From Actinomycetota bacterium (GTDB taxonomy: Bacteria; Actinomycetota; Thermoleophilia; Solirubrobacterales; 70-9), in assembly GCA_018268675.1 (NCBI GenBank), contig JAFDWB010000069.1:19838-83837 (forward strand): a DNA stretch of 64,000 nucleotides. Direction: 5' to 3'. A program made the position numbers and the translations under genes. This document shows, piece after piece, positions 1 to 9,219 of this stretch. Positions within the stretch are counted from its first letter, which is position 1, and each line of letters opens with the position of its first letter. The notes beneath the pieces were generated by a model. The model made no database searches. It saw only the letters and a list, made by a program, of their open reading frames with translations, and was not told the DNA's origin.

Positions 1-103
1 CCGCGCCGGCGCCGGCCTTCCCCACCGCGAAGTCGGGGCCGCCCCGCTGATCGACATCGGCGTCCGCGATGCCCTGGCGCTGCGGCGGCGTCGCCGCGGC
101 TGA
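1..103 (+). CDS. 3' end of an unidentified CDS entering from the left edge (partial)
   Basis: Frame 2 is open from the window edge to TGA at 101-103, with G/C at almost every third codon position. Only about 33 aa are visible, so no family call is possible. Confidence 0.3.
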   Translation, partial: RAGAGLPHREVGAAPLIDIGVRDALALRRRRRG

Positions 104-196
104 GATGGTCGGGGCGGCGCAAGTCCCCGTCGGTCGGGTCAATAGCCTGGCGGCGATGCAAGTCGAGGCCCCCAAAGCCCGCGGCGGCTCCTGACC

Positions 197-2461
197 TTGG
201 CCGCCACCCTCTTCGCCGCGGCCGTCACCTGCATCGGGGCGCTGTTCCTCGGACAGGCCGCCCTGCGCCTTTCCGGCGCCAAGGAGTGGAACTGGCTGGC
301 GCCGATGGTCGGCATCTCGATCGGGATGCTCTTCGCCACCCCCACCAACCACATCCCCGGTCGCGCGCTGACGATGGCGATCCTCCTCGGGCTCCTGATC
401 GTGGCGGCGATGTTCTGGTGCCTGACCTCGCCCGCCCACACCCCTCCGGGGAAGGACCTGCTTGCCGCGGCACCGGTCGCGGCGCTGCTGATGGTGCCGT
501 TCCTGGCCGTCGACCGCGCGGGGATCCTGGGGACCGGGCTGAACAACGACATGTCGGTGCACCTGCTCTTCGCCGAAGGCTTCATCTCCGAAAGCGCCAC
601 CTTCACCCGAGCCCTGCCGCTGGACTATCCGCTCGGCCCCCACGCCACCGCGGCCCTGCTGACGAAAGGCCTCGGCATCGAAGCGCAGCAGGGGTTCACT
701 GGCTGGACGCTGGCGATCCCGATCCTCACCGCCTGGACCTCGTTGGCGGTGGCGCGCAAGGCCACCTGGATCGCGAAGCTGATCATCGCCACCGTGGTCG
801 GGCTCCCCTTCCTCGTCGCCGCCTACTACGGTCAGGGCGCCTTCAAGGAGATCACCCAAGCGGGGCTGGTCCTCGCCGCCGCGCTTTCCCTGGGCGGTTA
901 CGGGCCCCGCCTGGACCGGGGCCGCTGGGTCCCGTTCGCGCTGCTCGCGGGCGGAATGGTCTCCGTCTACTCGATCACCGGTCTGCCCTGGCCGTTGATC
1001 TTCCTCGGGATCTATGTGGCCGGGGCGCTGATCCGGTTCTCGCTCGCCCACGGCCTCCGGGAACTCCCGCGCCGGGTGCGAGCGGAGCTGGCACCGGTCG
1101 GGATCGGGATCGCGGTGCTGGTCGTCGCGCTGTTGCCCCAGGCCGACCGGATCGCCCACTTCATCTCGCTGCGCAGCAGCGTGAACGGGACCGGGATCGC
1201 GACCGGGGACCTCGGCAATCTCGTCGCGCCGCTGTCCCCGTGGGAGGCGTTCGGCGTCTGGGGCAACGCCGACTTCCGCTTCCCCGACGTGTCGGCGATC
1301 GGCGGCCCGATCTGGACTGCCGCGATCGTCGCGCTGGTCGTGATCGGGGCCATCTGGGCGGTCCGGCGGAAGCATTGGCTCTTGCCCGCGGCAGCCTTCA
1401 TGGGGATGGCGATCTGGTGGATCTCGAACCACTCCCAGTCCCCCTACGTGTCGGCGAAGGGGCTGGTCATCGCCTCGCCTCTGCTGCTCCTGATCGCGGT
1501 GCTGCCGCTCAGCGATCGGATATCCGGCACCTTCTGGCGGTGGGCGGGGGCCGTGGTCGGCATCGCCCTCGTCTTCGCGGTCGGTGCCTCGGACCTGCGG
1601 GCTTTGAAGATCAGTCCGGTCGGCCCGGTCGGCCATGCGCACGAACTGGAGTCCTTCCGGCCCACCCTCGCGGGCAAGCGCGTGCTCTTCCTCGGCGACG
1701 ACGACTTCGTCGATTGGGAGCTTGCGGGCGCCAAGGTCGTGCCGGTCATCTTCGGCGGCCTCGGACATATCCCGACCCGCCCGCAGAAGAAATGGGAACC
1801 CGGCCAACCGCTCGATTTCGACTCTGTCACCGCCGCCGTCCTGAACGACTTCGAATGGGTCCTGACCACCCGCGACGCCGCCGCGAGCGAACCGCCACCT
1901 CAGTTCCACCTCGTCCGCAGCACCGCCAACTTCGAGCTCTGGAAGCGGACCGGCGACGTCCAGGAAGTCTCCCTGCTGCAAGAGGGAGGGATGCCCGGCG
2001 CCATCCTGGACTGCTCCAAGCCGGCCGGAAGAGCGCTCGCCGCCGCACCGGGAATTGCCGCGATCAGGACCCCGCCGGTCGTCGAAACGGTCGAAAACGT
2101 CGGCGCCGAACAGACGGCGTCGGTCGCGATCAAGCTTCCGTCGGCGGGCGAATGGCAGCTGGAGACCCCCTACATCAGCTCGCTGCCGCTGATCGTCAGA
2201 GGCCCGGGACTTGATGCGACGCTGCCCGCGAATCTCGACCGCCAGGGTCCCCGTTGGCCGATCGGGAGCATCCGCACGTCGGGCCCCGAAACGGTGACCC
2301 TGGAACTGGAAGTCGAAGGGGCCACGCTCGCCCCGCCCAACTCGGGAGCCATCCTCGGCGCGATCGTGGCGACGAAGGTGGGCAGCGACCGGATCGTGCC
2401 GCTGGCGAGGGCGTGCGGGAAGTACGTCGACTGGTACCGCCGTGAGTCGAGCCACCCTTAG
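197..2461 (+). CDS. Polytopic integral membrane protein with a large C-terminal soluble domain (GT-C-like or polymerase-like candidate)
   Basis: 754-aa ORF. Roughly the first 480 aa are consecutive hydrophobic segments and the last ~270 aa are hydrophilic. It is the first gene of the glycan locus. The TTG start at 197 is uncertain. Confidence 0.6.
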   Translation: MAATLFAAAVTCIGALFLGQAALRLSGAKEWNWLAPMVGISIGMLFATPTNHIPGRALTMAILLGLLIVAAMFWCLTSPAHTPPGKDLLAAAPVAALLMVPFLAVDRAGILGTGLNNDMSVHLLFAEGFISESATFTRALPLDYPLGPHATAALLTKGLGIEAQQGFTGWTLAIPILTAWTSLAVARKATWIAKLIIATVVGLPFLVAAYYGQGAFKEITQAGLVLAAALSLGGYGPRLDRGRWVPFALLAGGMVSVYSITGLPWPLIFLGIYVAGALIRFSLAHGLRELPRRVRAELAPVGIGIAVLVVALLPQADRIAHFISLRSSVNGTGIATGDLGNLVAPLSPWEAFGVWGNADFRFPDVSAIGGPIWTAAIVALVVIGAIWAVRRKHWLLPAAAFMGMAIWWISNHSQSPYVSAKGLVIASPLLLLIAVLPLSDRISGTFWRWAGAVVGIALVFAVGASDLRALKISPVGPVGHAHELESFRPTLAGKRVLFLGDDDFVDWELAGAKVVPVIFGGLGHIPTRPQKKWEPGQPLDFDSVTAAVLNDFEWVLTTRDAAASEPPPQFHLVRSTANFELWKRTGDVQEVSLLQEGGMPGAILDCSKPAGRALAAAPGIAAIRTPPVVETVENVGAEQTASVAIKLPSAGEWQLETPYISSLPLIVRGPGLDATLPANLDRQGPRWPIGSIRTSGPETVTLELEVEGATLAPPNSGAILGAIVATKVGSDRIVPLARACGKYVDWYRRESSHP

Positions 2462-2464
2462 GCC

Positions 2465-3946
2465 GTGAGCCGGGACGACGTCCTCAACTCCGGCGAGGCC
2501 GGTGGCAAGGTCATCCGCGGCAGCGCCCTGCGGGTCGGCGCCAACGCCGCGGGCTTCGTGGTCGGGCTGGCGACGGCGGCGATCCTTCTGCGGCATCTCG
2601 GCGTCGATGATTCCGGTCGCTACGTCACCGTCCTCTCGCTGGTCGGCATCGCGGTCGCCGTCGTCGACACCGGGCTGAACCAGACCGGGAGCAGCTCGCT
2701 GGCGCGGCTGGCCCCTACCGAGCGGCGCGCGCTGCTCGCCAACATCCTCGGCCAGCGCCTCGTCGTCGCCCCGCTGGCGCTCGTGTTGCTGGTGGCCTTC
2801 GCGCTGGTGGTCGGCTACCCGAGCTCGATGGTCCTCGGGACGCTCCTGGCCGGTGCGGGCCTGATGACGATCGCGGTCGCCGACGCGCTGCTCTTGCCCT
2901 TGACCGTGCAGCTGCGCAACGGCGGCCTCGCCTTCGTCGATTTCCTGCGCCAGCTGGTGACCCTGACCGGGGTCGCGATCTTGGCCGCGGCCGGCGCCGC
3001 GCTGACGCCGTTCTTCGCCATCCAGATCGCGGTCGGGTTGGTCGTGCTCGCGGTCTCGCCCGCTCTCGTCGGCCGCCGCGAACTCGTCCGGCCGCGGTTC
3101 GAACGGGCCGCGCAGCGCGGTTTGTTCTCCATCGCGCTGCCGATCGCGGCGGCGCTGGCCCTCGGCCAGATCTACTTCCGCCTGGTGATCGTGCTGATGT
3201 CGCTGATCTCGACCAGCAAGCAGACCGGCTACTTCGGCGGCTCGCTGCGGGCGATGGAAGCGCTGATCGTGCTGCCGGTACTGGTCGCCAGCGTCGCCCT
3301 GCCGCTGCTCAGCGCCGCGGCGCGAGACGACCACGCGCGTCTGCGCTACGCGATCGAGGGGCTCGGCGAGGGTGCGGTGATCGCGGGCGTGTTCATCGTC
3401 CTGGTCACGATCCGCGCCGCCGAGCCGGTGATGGAAGCGATCGGCGGTCCCAGCTTCGGTCCGGCCGGCGACGTGCTGCGGATCCAGGTGGTCGCCCTCC
3501 TCTTCATCGCGCTCTACCAGATCTGGACCGTCTCGCTGATCGCCCTGGGGCGCCAGCACGAGCTGATCCTGACCAACGCCCTCGCCCTGGCGGGAATCGC
3601 CGTCTTCGCCGCGGCGCTGGTGCCGCCCCTGGGCGCCCGCGGCGGCGCGATCGCCAGCGTCCTCGGCGACGCCCTGCTCGCCTCGCTGATCTTCTGGCGG
3701 CTGCGACGCTCGATCACCGTCGTGATCCGCCTCGACTTCCTCTTGCGAGTGCTCGTGGCCGCGGCAGCGGCGCTGGTCCTCCTCCTCGTTCCCGGCCTGC
3801 CCGCCCTGCTCACCGCCGCCCTGATGGGGCTGGCCTTCGTCGTCGTCGGCCACCTGGTCCACATGGTCCCGCCCGAGGTGCTGGCCGCGATGCCCCTGCG
3901 CCGGGCCGCACCCTCCGGTGCTGGCCCGGGCACGCCGGGAGGTTGA
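2465..3946 (+). CDS. Polysaccharide biosynthesis protein, MOP/Wzx-type flippase family
   Basis: 493 aa, multi-TM throughout. The N-terminus (GKVIRGSALRVGANAAGFVVGLATAAILLRHLGVDDSGRYV) is typical of Wzx/MOP exporters. GTG start lies 4 nt after the upstream stop. Confidence 0.65.
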   Translation: MSRDDVLNSGEAGGKVIRGSALRVGANAAGFVVGLATAAILLRHLGVDDSGRYVTVLSLVGIAVAVVDTGLNQTGSSSLARLAPTERRALLANILGQRLVVAPLALVLLVAFALVVGYPSSMVLGTLLAGAGLMTIAVADALLLPLTVQLRNGGLAFVDFLRQLVTLTGVAILAAAGAALTPFFAIQIAVGLVVLAVSPALVGRRELVRPRFERAAQRGLFSIALPIAAALALGQIYFRLVIVLMSLISTSKQTGYFGGSLRAMEALIVLPVLVASVALPLLSAAARDDHARLRYAIEGLGEGAVIAGVFIVLVTIRAAEPVMEAIGGPSFGPAGDVLRIQVVALLFIALYQIWTVSLIALGRQHELILTNALALAGIAVFAAALVPPLGARGGAIASVLGDALLASLIFWRLRRSITVVIRLDFLLRVLVAAAAALVLLLVPGLPALLTAALMGLAFVVVGHLVHMVPPEVLAAMPLRRAAPSGAGPGTPGG

Positions 3947-5315
3947 GCGGATTGACTACCCTGCGGCCGTGACCTCCCCGCCTCCAGCGCTCGGCCGGGC
4001 GAAGGCGGCGCTCGGCCGCTCGGCGGAGCGTCTCGACCTGAGCCCCCCGTCGGCGATGCTGACCTCCGAGCGCGCCCGGGTCAGACGGCTCGGCAACTTC
4101 GCCTTCGCGATGCGGGGGGTCACCGGCATTCGACGGACCCGCTGGCTGCTCAACGTCCGCCAAGTGCCGCGGCCGCCGATCGAGCGCCGGGCACCGCAGC
4201 CGGTCGACGCGGTCGACCTCGCGATCGCCGAGCGCCTGATCGCTGCCCACCGCACGCCCTCGGCACCGGCGGCGGGCGAGAACATGTGGGCCTGGATCTC
4301 GGAGAACCGCCAGCGTGAGCTGGCCGAAAGGCTGGCGGGAGACGACCCTCGGGCCCTGGCGCAGCTACTCGTGGCGATGTTCCGCGAAGACTTCGTGCTC
4401 GGAATGGCGCAGGGTCCGCTGGTGTGGCGTGCCAACTCGCGCCTCGAGGATCAGGCCTGGGCGCTCAAGTCGGTCGACTCGCTGGTCTCGCTGGCCGAGG
4501 CGGCCGGGGTCGTCCCGGTCGAGAATCCGGAGCAGGGCGGCAGCGGCCTGGCGTTCCGCGGCGGGCTCGAGGGCCTTCTCACCGCGCTCGAGGAGGCCCT
4601 CGGCTTCCGGCTCGACTTCCCCGATGTCGGCGCCCAGAGCGGCCTGCTCGTCGACGGTCGTCTGATCACGCCCAGCACCCCCGACCAGGTCTACGCGGCG
4701 CTGCGACTGGACGATGCGATCCGCATCAACCTCGATACCGACTCGGCGGCCCACCCGCGCGTGACCGAGATCGGCGGCGGCTACGGCGCCCTCTGCTACT
4801 GGTTCCTCCAGCGCCGCCCCGGGGTCGCCTCCTACACGATCGTCGACCTGCCGCTGGTCAACGCGATCCAGGGCTACTTCCTCGCCCGCGCCCTGGGACC
4901 CGAGAACGTCTCCTTCCACGGCGAGGCTCCGAGCCTGGTGCGGATCCTGCCCGATCACGCCCTGGCCGAGGCGGCGGCCCCCTGCGACGCGGTCGTCAAC
5001 AAGGACAGCATGCCGGAGATGCCCCCAGAGGCGATGGTCGAGTACCTCGAGTGGGCGAAGAAGAACTGCCGCGGCGTCTTCTACAGCTACAACCAGGAGG
5101 CGGCGGGAGAGTTCCTCGGCGAGGCGCAGGGAGTGGTTCCCGCCGCGGTCGCCGAGCTGGGCGGGTTCGAACGGGTGCGTCGCGAGACCGCCTGGGTGAG
5201 GGTCGGATACGTGGAGGAGGTCTACCGCTGCATGGCCGCCGCGGAAGCGCGCGGCGAGCGCCCCCACGCGAGCCAGGCGAGTCCGCGACGGACGAGCGGG
5301 CCGCCTTCGGCGTAG
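3918..5315 (+). CDS. SAM-dependent methyltransferase-like protein (putative sugar O-methyltransferase)
   Basis: Glycine-rich motif VTEIGGGYGALCYWF followed by IVDLP and VVNKDSMPEM. Start is uncertain: GTG 3918 overlaps the flippase end, and GTG 3969 is in frame. Confidence 0.5.
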   Translation: MLARARREVERIDYPAAVTSPPPALGRAKAALGRSAERLDLSPPSAMLTSERARVRRLGNFAFAMRGVTGIRRTRWLLNVRQVPRPPIERRAPQPVDAVDLAIAERLIAAHRTPSAPAAGENMWAWISENRQRELAERLAGDDPRALAQLLVAMFREDFVLGMAQGPLVWRANSRLEDQAWALKSVDSLVSLAEAAGVVPVENPEQGGSGLAFRGGLEGLLTALEEALGFRLDFPDVGAQSGLLVDGRLITPSTPDQVYAALRLDDAIRINLDTDSAAHPRVTEIGGGYGALCYWFLQRRPGVASYTIVDLPLVNAIQGYFLARALGPENVSFHGEAPSLVRILPDHALAEAAAPCDAVVNKDSMPEMPPEAMVEYLEWAKKNCRGVFYSYNQEAAGEFLGEAQGVVPAAVAELGGFERVRRETAWVRVGYVEEVYRCMAAAEARGERPHASQASPRRTSGPPSA

Positions 5316-6013
5316 TGCCTGGTGCGGTTGTCGGCAAGCAATAGGTTCTCCTGCTCGCCGACCCGAAAGGTCCGGCTCTGGTGCCAGCGCTCGGGCGGAT
5401 ACGCCACCCCGTCGCGGCCGACCACCCGCACACCGAGGCCGCGGGCCAGAACCTGGCGGGTCAGGCCGGAACTGCCGCCCTCGAGCGCAACCGCCCCGAG
5501 CTTGTCGACCCCGAGCGGCCAGTCGAGCCCCAGCAGCACCTCTCGTTCGAGCGCGAAGCCATTCGTCCGCAGGTGCGGATTGGGGAACGGCTCGTGGCCC
5601 GGGCGAAGGCGCCGAAGCGGGCCCGGACGGACGGCGTTGGGGCTCTCCCAGGATCCGGTCGCCCCCACCATCCCGACCTCCGGGTCGCCAAGCGCCCGAT
5701 CCAGGAAGAGGAGCCAGTCCTCGGCGAGCAACTCGGTGGCGGTGTTGACGAAGCAGTAGCGCTCGGCTGCGACCAGGCCGACGATCGCCCGGTAGTGGTC
5801 GAGGTCCATCCCGGTGCCGAGCTCGACGATCTCGTGCGGGACGGCGGCGAAAGAGCGGTGCCACGGCTCGCGATCCCCGTCGGGACCGGCCAAGGCGACG
5901 ACCAGGTGGTGCTCGGTCCCGGCCGATCGCAGACGGTAGGAGGCGAGAAAGCGTTCGGCCATCTCGATTCCGTACGGCGTCCAGGCGAGGTAGACCAGAC
6001 AGAGCCCGCTCAT
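5222..6013 (-). CDS. Hypothetical protein, last gene of the GT2-DUF2304-methyltransferase operon
   Basis: 263-aa ORF with genome-typical codon bias. Its ATG overlaps the upstream stop as ATGA at 6010-6013. No family recognised. Confidence 0.5.
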   Translation of the reverse strand: MSGLCLVYLAWTPYGIEMAERFLASYRLRSAGTEHHLVVALAGPDGDREPWHRSFAAVPHEIVELGTGMDLDHYRAIVGLVAAERYCFVNTATELLAEDWLLFLDRALGDPEVGMVGATGSWESPNAVRPGPLRRLRPGHEPFPNPHLRTNGFALEREVLLGLDWPLGVDKLGAVALEGGSSGLTRQVLARGLGVRVVGRDGVAYPPERWHQSRTFRVGEQENLLLADNRTRHYAEGGPLVRRGLAWLAWGRSPRASAAAMQR

Positions 6014-6933
6014 CGCGGCTTTTCGAGCACCGCGTAGCAGCAGTCACCACCGGCGAAGTGGTCGACGAGGTAGACGAACGGCAGCAGTGGCAGGCTGATC
6101 GCGTAGGAGAGCCAAAGCTTCCAACCGGGCGTCCAACGGCCGGCGATCAGGAAGTGGATGCTGTACGCGGTCGAGATCGCGGTCGAGCTGGTCCCCACGT
6201 CGCGCACGCCGAGCCCGAACCGGGAAGCGATGCGCTCCAGGGCGCGGGGCGAAAAATGCTGTTGGTGGCGAGGCAGATCCAACGGAGCCCAGCGGCTCCG
6301 GTAGAGGCGCCGCTGCCAGCAGGCCCAGTTCGGCACTTCGATCGCCAGCAAGCCTCCCGGAGCGAGCCTGGACACCGCCCGCTCGACGGTCGGGACGGGG
6401 TCGACGATGTGCTCGAGGGCGTGCGCCATCGTGATCAGCTCGAAGCTTTCCTCCGGCCACGGGTCATCTTCGAGGGTTCCCTGGTGGACTCGGGCGCCCC
6501 GCCGCTCCGCCGCCGCGATGGCGGCGGCGCTCGGGTCGATGCCGAAGGTGGTCCAGCCGCGCTGGGCGAAGTCCGCCAGCAGAGCCCCCGCCCCGCAGCC
6601 GACGTCGAGGACCTTGCCCGCCTTCACGTCGGACAGCTCGAACGGGGGCCGGCGGTTGCGGCGAGCGGCACTGCGCTCCCGATAGCGGGCGCGCAGGCGG
6701 TGCAGCGGGCCGGCGGCGCCGGCGCCCGAGTGTTCGTAGTAGCCCTCGTAATAGCCCGCCGCGTAGTAGCGAGCGAGCTCGTCGTTGGTCAGCTGGGGGT
6801 CGGTGACCCCGAAGCAGCAGGCCGGGCATTCGACGATCGTGAAGGGCCCGTCGCCGGTGTCGAGGCGGTCATAGGCGGCATACGGGGTCGGGCGCAGGGG
6901 GCCGCCACAGATCGGACAGGAGGTCGGCTTCAC
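6010..6933 (-). CDS. Class I SAM-dependent methyltransferase with N-terminal zinc ribbon
   Basis: CPICGG...CPACC Cys pairs at the N-terminus, motif I VLDVGCGAGALLADF, and a later ITMAHALEHIVDP segment. Confidence 0.75.
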   Translation of the reverse strand: MKPTSCPICGGPLRPTPYAAYDRLDTGDGPFTIVECPACCFGVTDPQLTNDELARYYAAGYYEGYYEHSGAGAAGPLHRLRARYRERSAARRNRRPPFELSDVKAGKVLDVGCGAGALLADFAQRGWTTFGIDPSAAAIAAAERRGARVHQGTLEDDPWPEESFELITMAHALEHIVDPVPTVERAVSRLAPGGLLAIEVPNWACWQRRLYRSRWAPLDLPRHQQHFSPRALERIASRFGLGVRDVGTSSTAISTAYSIHFLIAGRWTPGWKLWLSYAISLPLLPFVYLVDHFAGGDCCYAVLEKPR

Positions 6934-6935
6934 CC

Positions 6936-7388
6936 TCAGCCTCTGCCGCGGGAGACGGAAGGAGTGGATTCTCCCTCGACGGGCTCGTCCTCGGATCGCT
7001 CGCGGTCAGGCTGCCCTCCCTCATCCTTCTCCAGCCTTTGCTGCAGCAACGCCAGCCGCTGAGCCAGGATCTTGTTCTGGTCGGAAAGGCGCGAGATGGC
7101 GATCGAGAAGTGGATCAGGAGGATGAGGACGAACAAGAAGCCGAGACCGAAGAGAGCCGCCGGAGGATAGTAGATGCCCACCGCGTGGGAAAAGGTCGTC
7201 AACAGACCCCGCCACAGCGCCAGCACGAGCAGGATCACGCCGGCCGCCAACCAGAGGAGCGCGTACCGCTCCATCAGGTGTTTGCGTCGCACGAGCTCGA
7301 AGATGACCAGGCAGACGAGCACCCCGAAGATGATCACCTCGAGCCTTTGGCCCAGGAAAGAGGAGATCTGGTTCGTCGCGAGGATCAT
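6936..7388 (-). CDS. DUF2304-family small membrane protein
   Basis: 150 aa. The hydrophobic N-terminal two-thirds (LEVIIFGVLVCLVIFELVRRKHLMERYALLWLAAGVILLVLALW) has the usual DUF2304 look, and it sits in the usual position directly after a GT2 gene. ATGA overlap at 7385-7388. Confidence 0.65.
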   Translation of the reverse strand: MILATNQISSFLGQRLEVIIFGVLVCLVIFELVRRKHLMERYALLWLAAGVILLVLALWRGLLTTFSHAVGIYYPPAALFGLGFLFVLILLIHFSIAISRLSDQNKILAQRLALLQQRLEKDEGGQPDRERSEDEPVEGESTPSVSRGRG

Positions 7389-8131
7389 CGGCTGCGCTCG
7401 GCGGCGGCGTCGGCGGCCTCACGTACCGGACGCGCCCGAAGCAGCGCGACGAGGACGGCGAGGAGCACCTTGATCATGTAGTAGACGGACTGGCTCGACG
7501 AGATCGCCGACTCCCCGGTCAAGCGCGGCGACATCACCACCGGTACCTCGGCGCTGCGCAGGCGGTGGGTGTGCATGAGGACGATCGCCTCCACCTCCGG
7601 GTAGTCGTTCGGGTAGTCGTTGGCGAACAGCTCGATCCCTCGCCGATCCGTCATCCGAAACCCTGAGGTGGGGTCGGTGATGCGCTGTCGGGTGACGAGC
7701 GACAAGAGCCAGGAAAAAAACCTGATCCCCACCCGCCGGGCAGCCGAGGAGCGGTAGCCGCCGGACACCGGCGCGAGGAAACGGGAACCGGTGACCATGT
7801 TGAGCCCGGCATCGTGATCGAGCCGCTCGAGCAGGGCGGAGATGAAGCTCGGGTCATGCTGGCCATCGCCGTCGACCTGGACCGCAATCTCGTAGTCGTT
7901 CTCCTCGGCATAGATGTAGCCCGCCTGCATCGCTCCCCCGATACCCAGGTTGAACGGCAACCGAAGCACCTCGGCCCCGGCCGCGGTGGCCAGTTCGCCG
8001 GTGCCGTCGGAGGAGCCGTCATCGATCACGAGCACGTCGAACTGCGGCGCTTGAGCCTGGATCGCCTCGATCGTCGCGGCGATCGCGCCGGCCTCGTTGT
8101 GTGCGGGCACGAGGGCGAGGTGGCGGCTCAT
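7385..8131 (-). CDS. Glycosyltransferase family 2 (polyprenyl-phosphate sugar synthase-like)
   Basis: LALVPAHNEAGAIAATIEAI...VLVIDDGSSDGT and a VQVDGDGQHDP (DxD-type) motif. Confidence 0.8.
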   Translation of the reverse strand: MSRHLALVPAHNEAGAIAATIEAIQAQAPQFDVLVIDDGSSDGTGELATAAGAEVLRLPFNLGIGGAMQAGYIYAEENDYEIAVQVDGDGQHDPSFISALLERLDHDAGLNMVTGSRFLAPVSGGYRSSAARRVGIRFFSWLLSLVTRQRITDPTSGFRMTDRRGIELFANDYPNDYPEVEAIVLMHTHRLRSAEVPVVMSPRLTGESAISSSQSVYYMIKVLLAVLVALLRARPVREAADAAAERSR

Positions 8132-8166
8132 GAGGCTCCAGCTTGCCAGGAATCGCGGCGGCGGGA

Positions 8167-9120
8167 TCAGCCGGAGCCAAGCCAGGCACGAGCACGCAGC
8201 AGGTCACCTTCGACGGCAAGCGATCGCCGGTCACGCAGTGCGCCGCGAAGGCGAAGGACGCCTTCGACCTTTCCGCGGAGGGTGGCGAGGAACCGGCGTC
8301 GGCGCGCCGCGCGAGCCAACGCCCCCACCTCGGCCACGGCGATCCGTGGCAGCGCGGCGGCGGGGACGAACCGAGCCTGGGTGACGATCCGGTTGCGGGC
8401 GACGAGGCGCGCGTTCTCGGCGCCGGGCCGCTCGAATCCCGCCTTCCAGGAGACGTTGCCGAGATGCCAGACGACCGCCTCGGGCACGTAGCTGAAGCGC
8501 CATCCCGCGATCTGCGCCCGCACATTCAGATCGACGTCCTCGTAGAAGGAGAAGAAGGTCTCGTCATACCCGCCGAGCCCGGAGAAGAGCTCGCGACGCA
8601 GAAGGCAGGCGGCGCCACAGACGCCGAAGATCTCGCGCGGGCGCAGCCACCGCGCGGCCTGGTCCTCCCCCGCCGCGGTCTCCAACGCGCGGCCGTCCCG
8701 CGTCAGCGCCATCCCGGCGCTGTAGAGACGGGCGCTGCCGGGGTCGCGGCCCGGCCCCTCCAGTTGGAGGATGCGCGGCTGCGTCCCGGCGAGGCCGGGG
8801 TCGTCGACAAGCGCTGCCGACAGCGCCGCGACACTCGTCGGCTCGAGCTCGGTGTCGGCGTTCAGCGGCATCACGAAGGGCGCCGAGGTACGCGCCGCGC
8901 CGAGGTTGACGGCGTGGGCGAAACCCATATTGCGCTCGAGGGTTACGTGAGCGATGCCGCGTTCGCGCAACAGGTCGACGGTCCGGTCGGCGGAGCCGTT
9001 GTCGACGGCCAACAGCTCGATCGGCATCTCCTGGGCGGCGATCGAGTCGAGCAGCCGCGGGAGGAGCGCGGCGGAGTTCCAGGTAGGTATGACAACCGCG
9101 ACCTTCGGCGGGACACTCAC
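8167..9120 (-). CDS. Glycosyltransferase family 2
   Basis: VAVVIPTWNSAALLPRLLDSI...LAVDNGSADRT. The start was moved to GTG 9120 because the ORF-track ATG at 9213 would leave only 6 bp to the divergent ABC gene. Confidence 0.7.
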   Translation of the reverse strand: MSVPPKVAVVIPTWNSAALLPRLLDSIAAQEMPIELLAVDNGSADRTVDLLRERGIAHVTLERNMGFAHAVNLGAARTSAPFVMPLNADTELEPTSVAALSAALVDDPGLAGTQPRILQLEGPGRDPGSARLYSAGMALTRDGRALETAAGEDQAARWLRPREIFGVCGAACLLRRELFSGLGGYDETFFSFYEDVDLNVRAQIAGWRFSYVPEAVVWHLGNVSWKAGFERPGAENARLVARNRIVTQARFVPAAALPRIAVAEVGALARAARRRRFLATLRGKVEGVLRLRGALRDRRSLAVEGDLLRARAWLGSG

Positions 9121-9219
9121 GAGCGGCAGCCTGACAGACCATGCCGCCGGCCCGGCCGCCAAGCGTCCCGGTAGCGTTACCCGAAGCGCACTGGGCCGAG
9201 AGCCCGTCCCCAAGCCACG

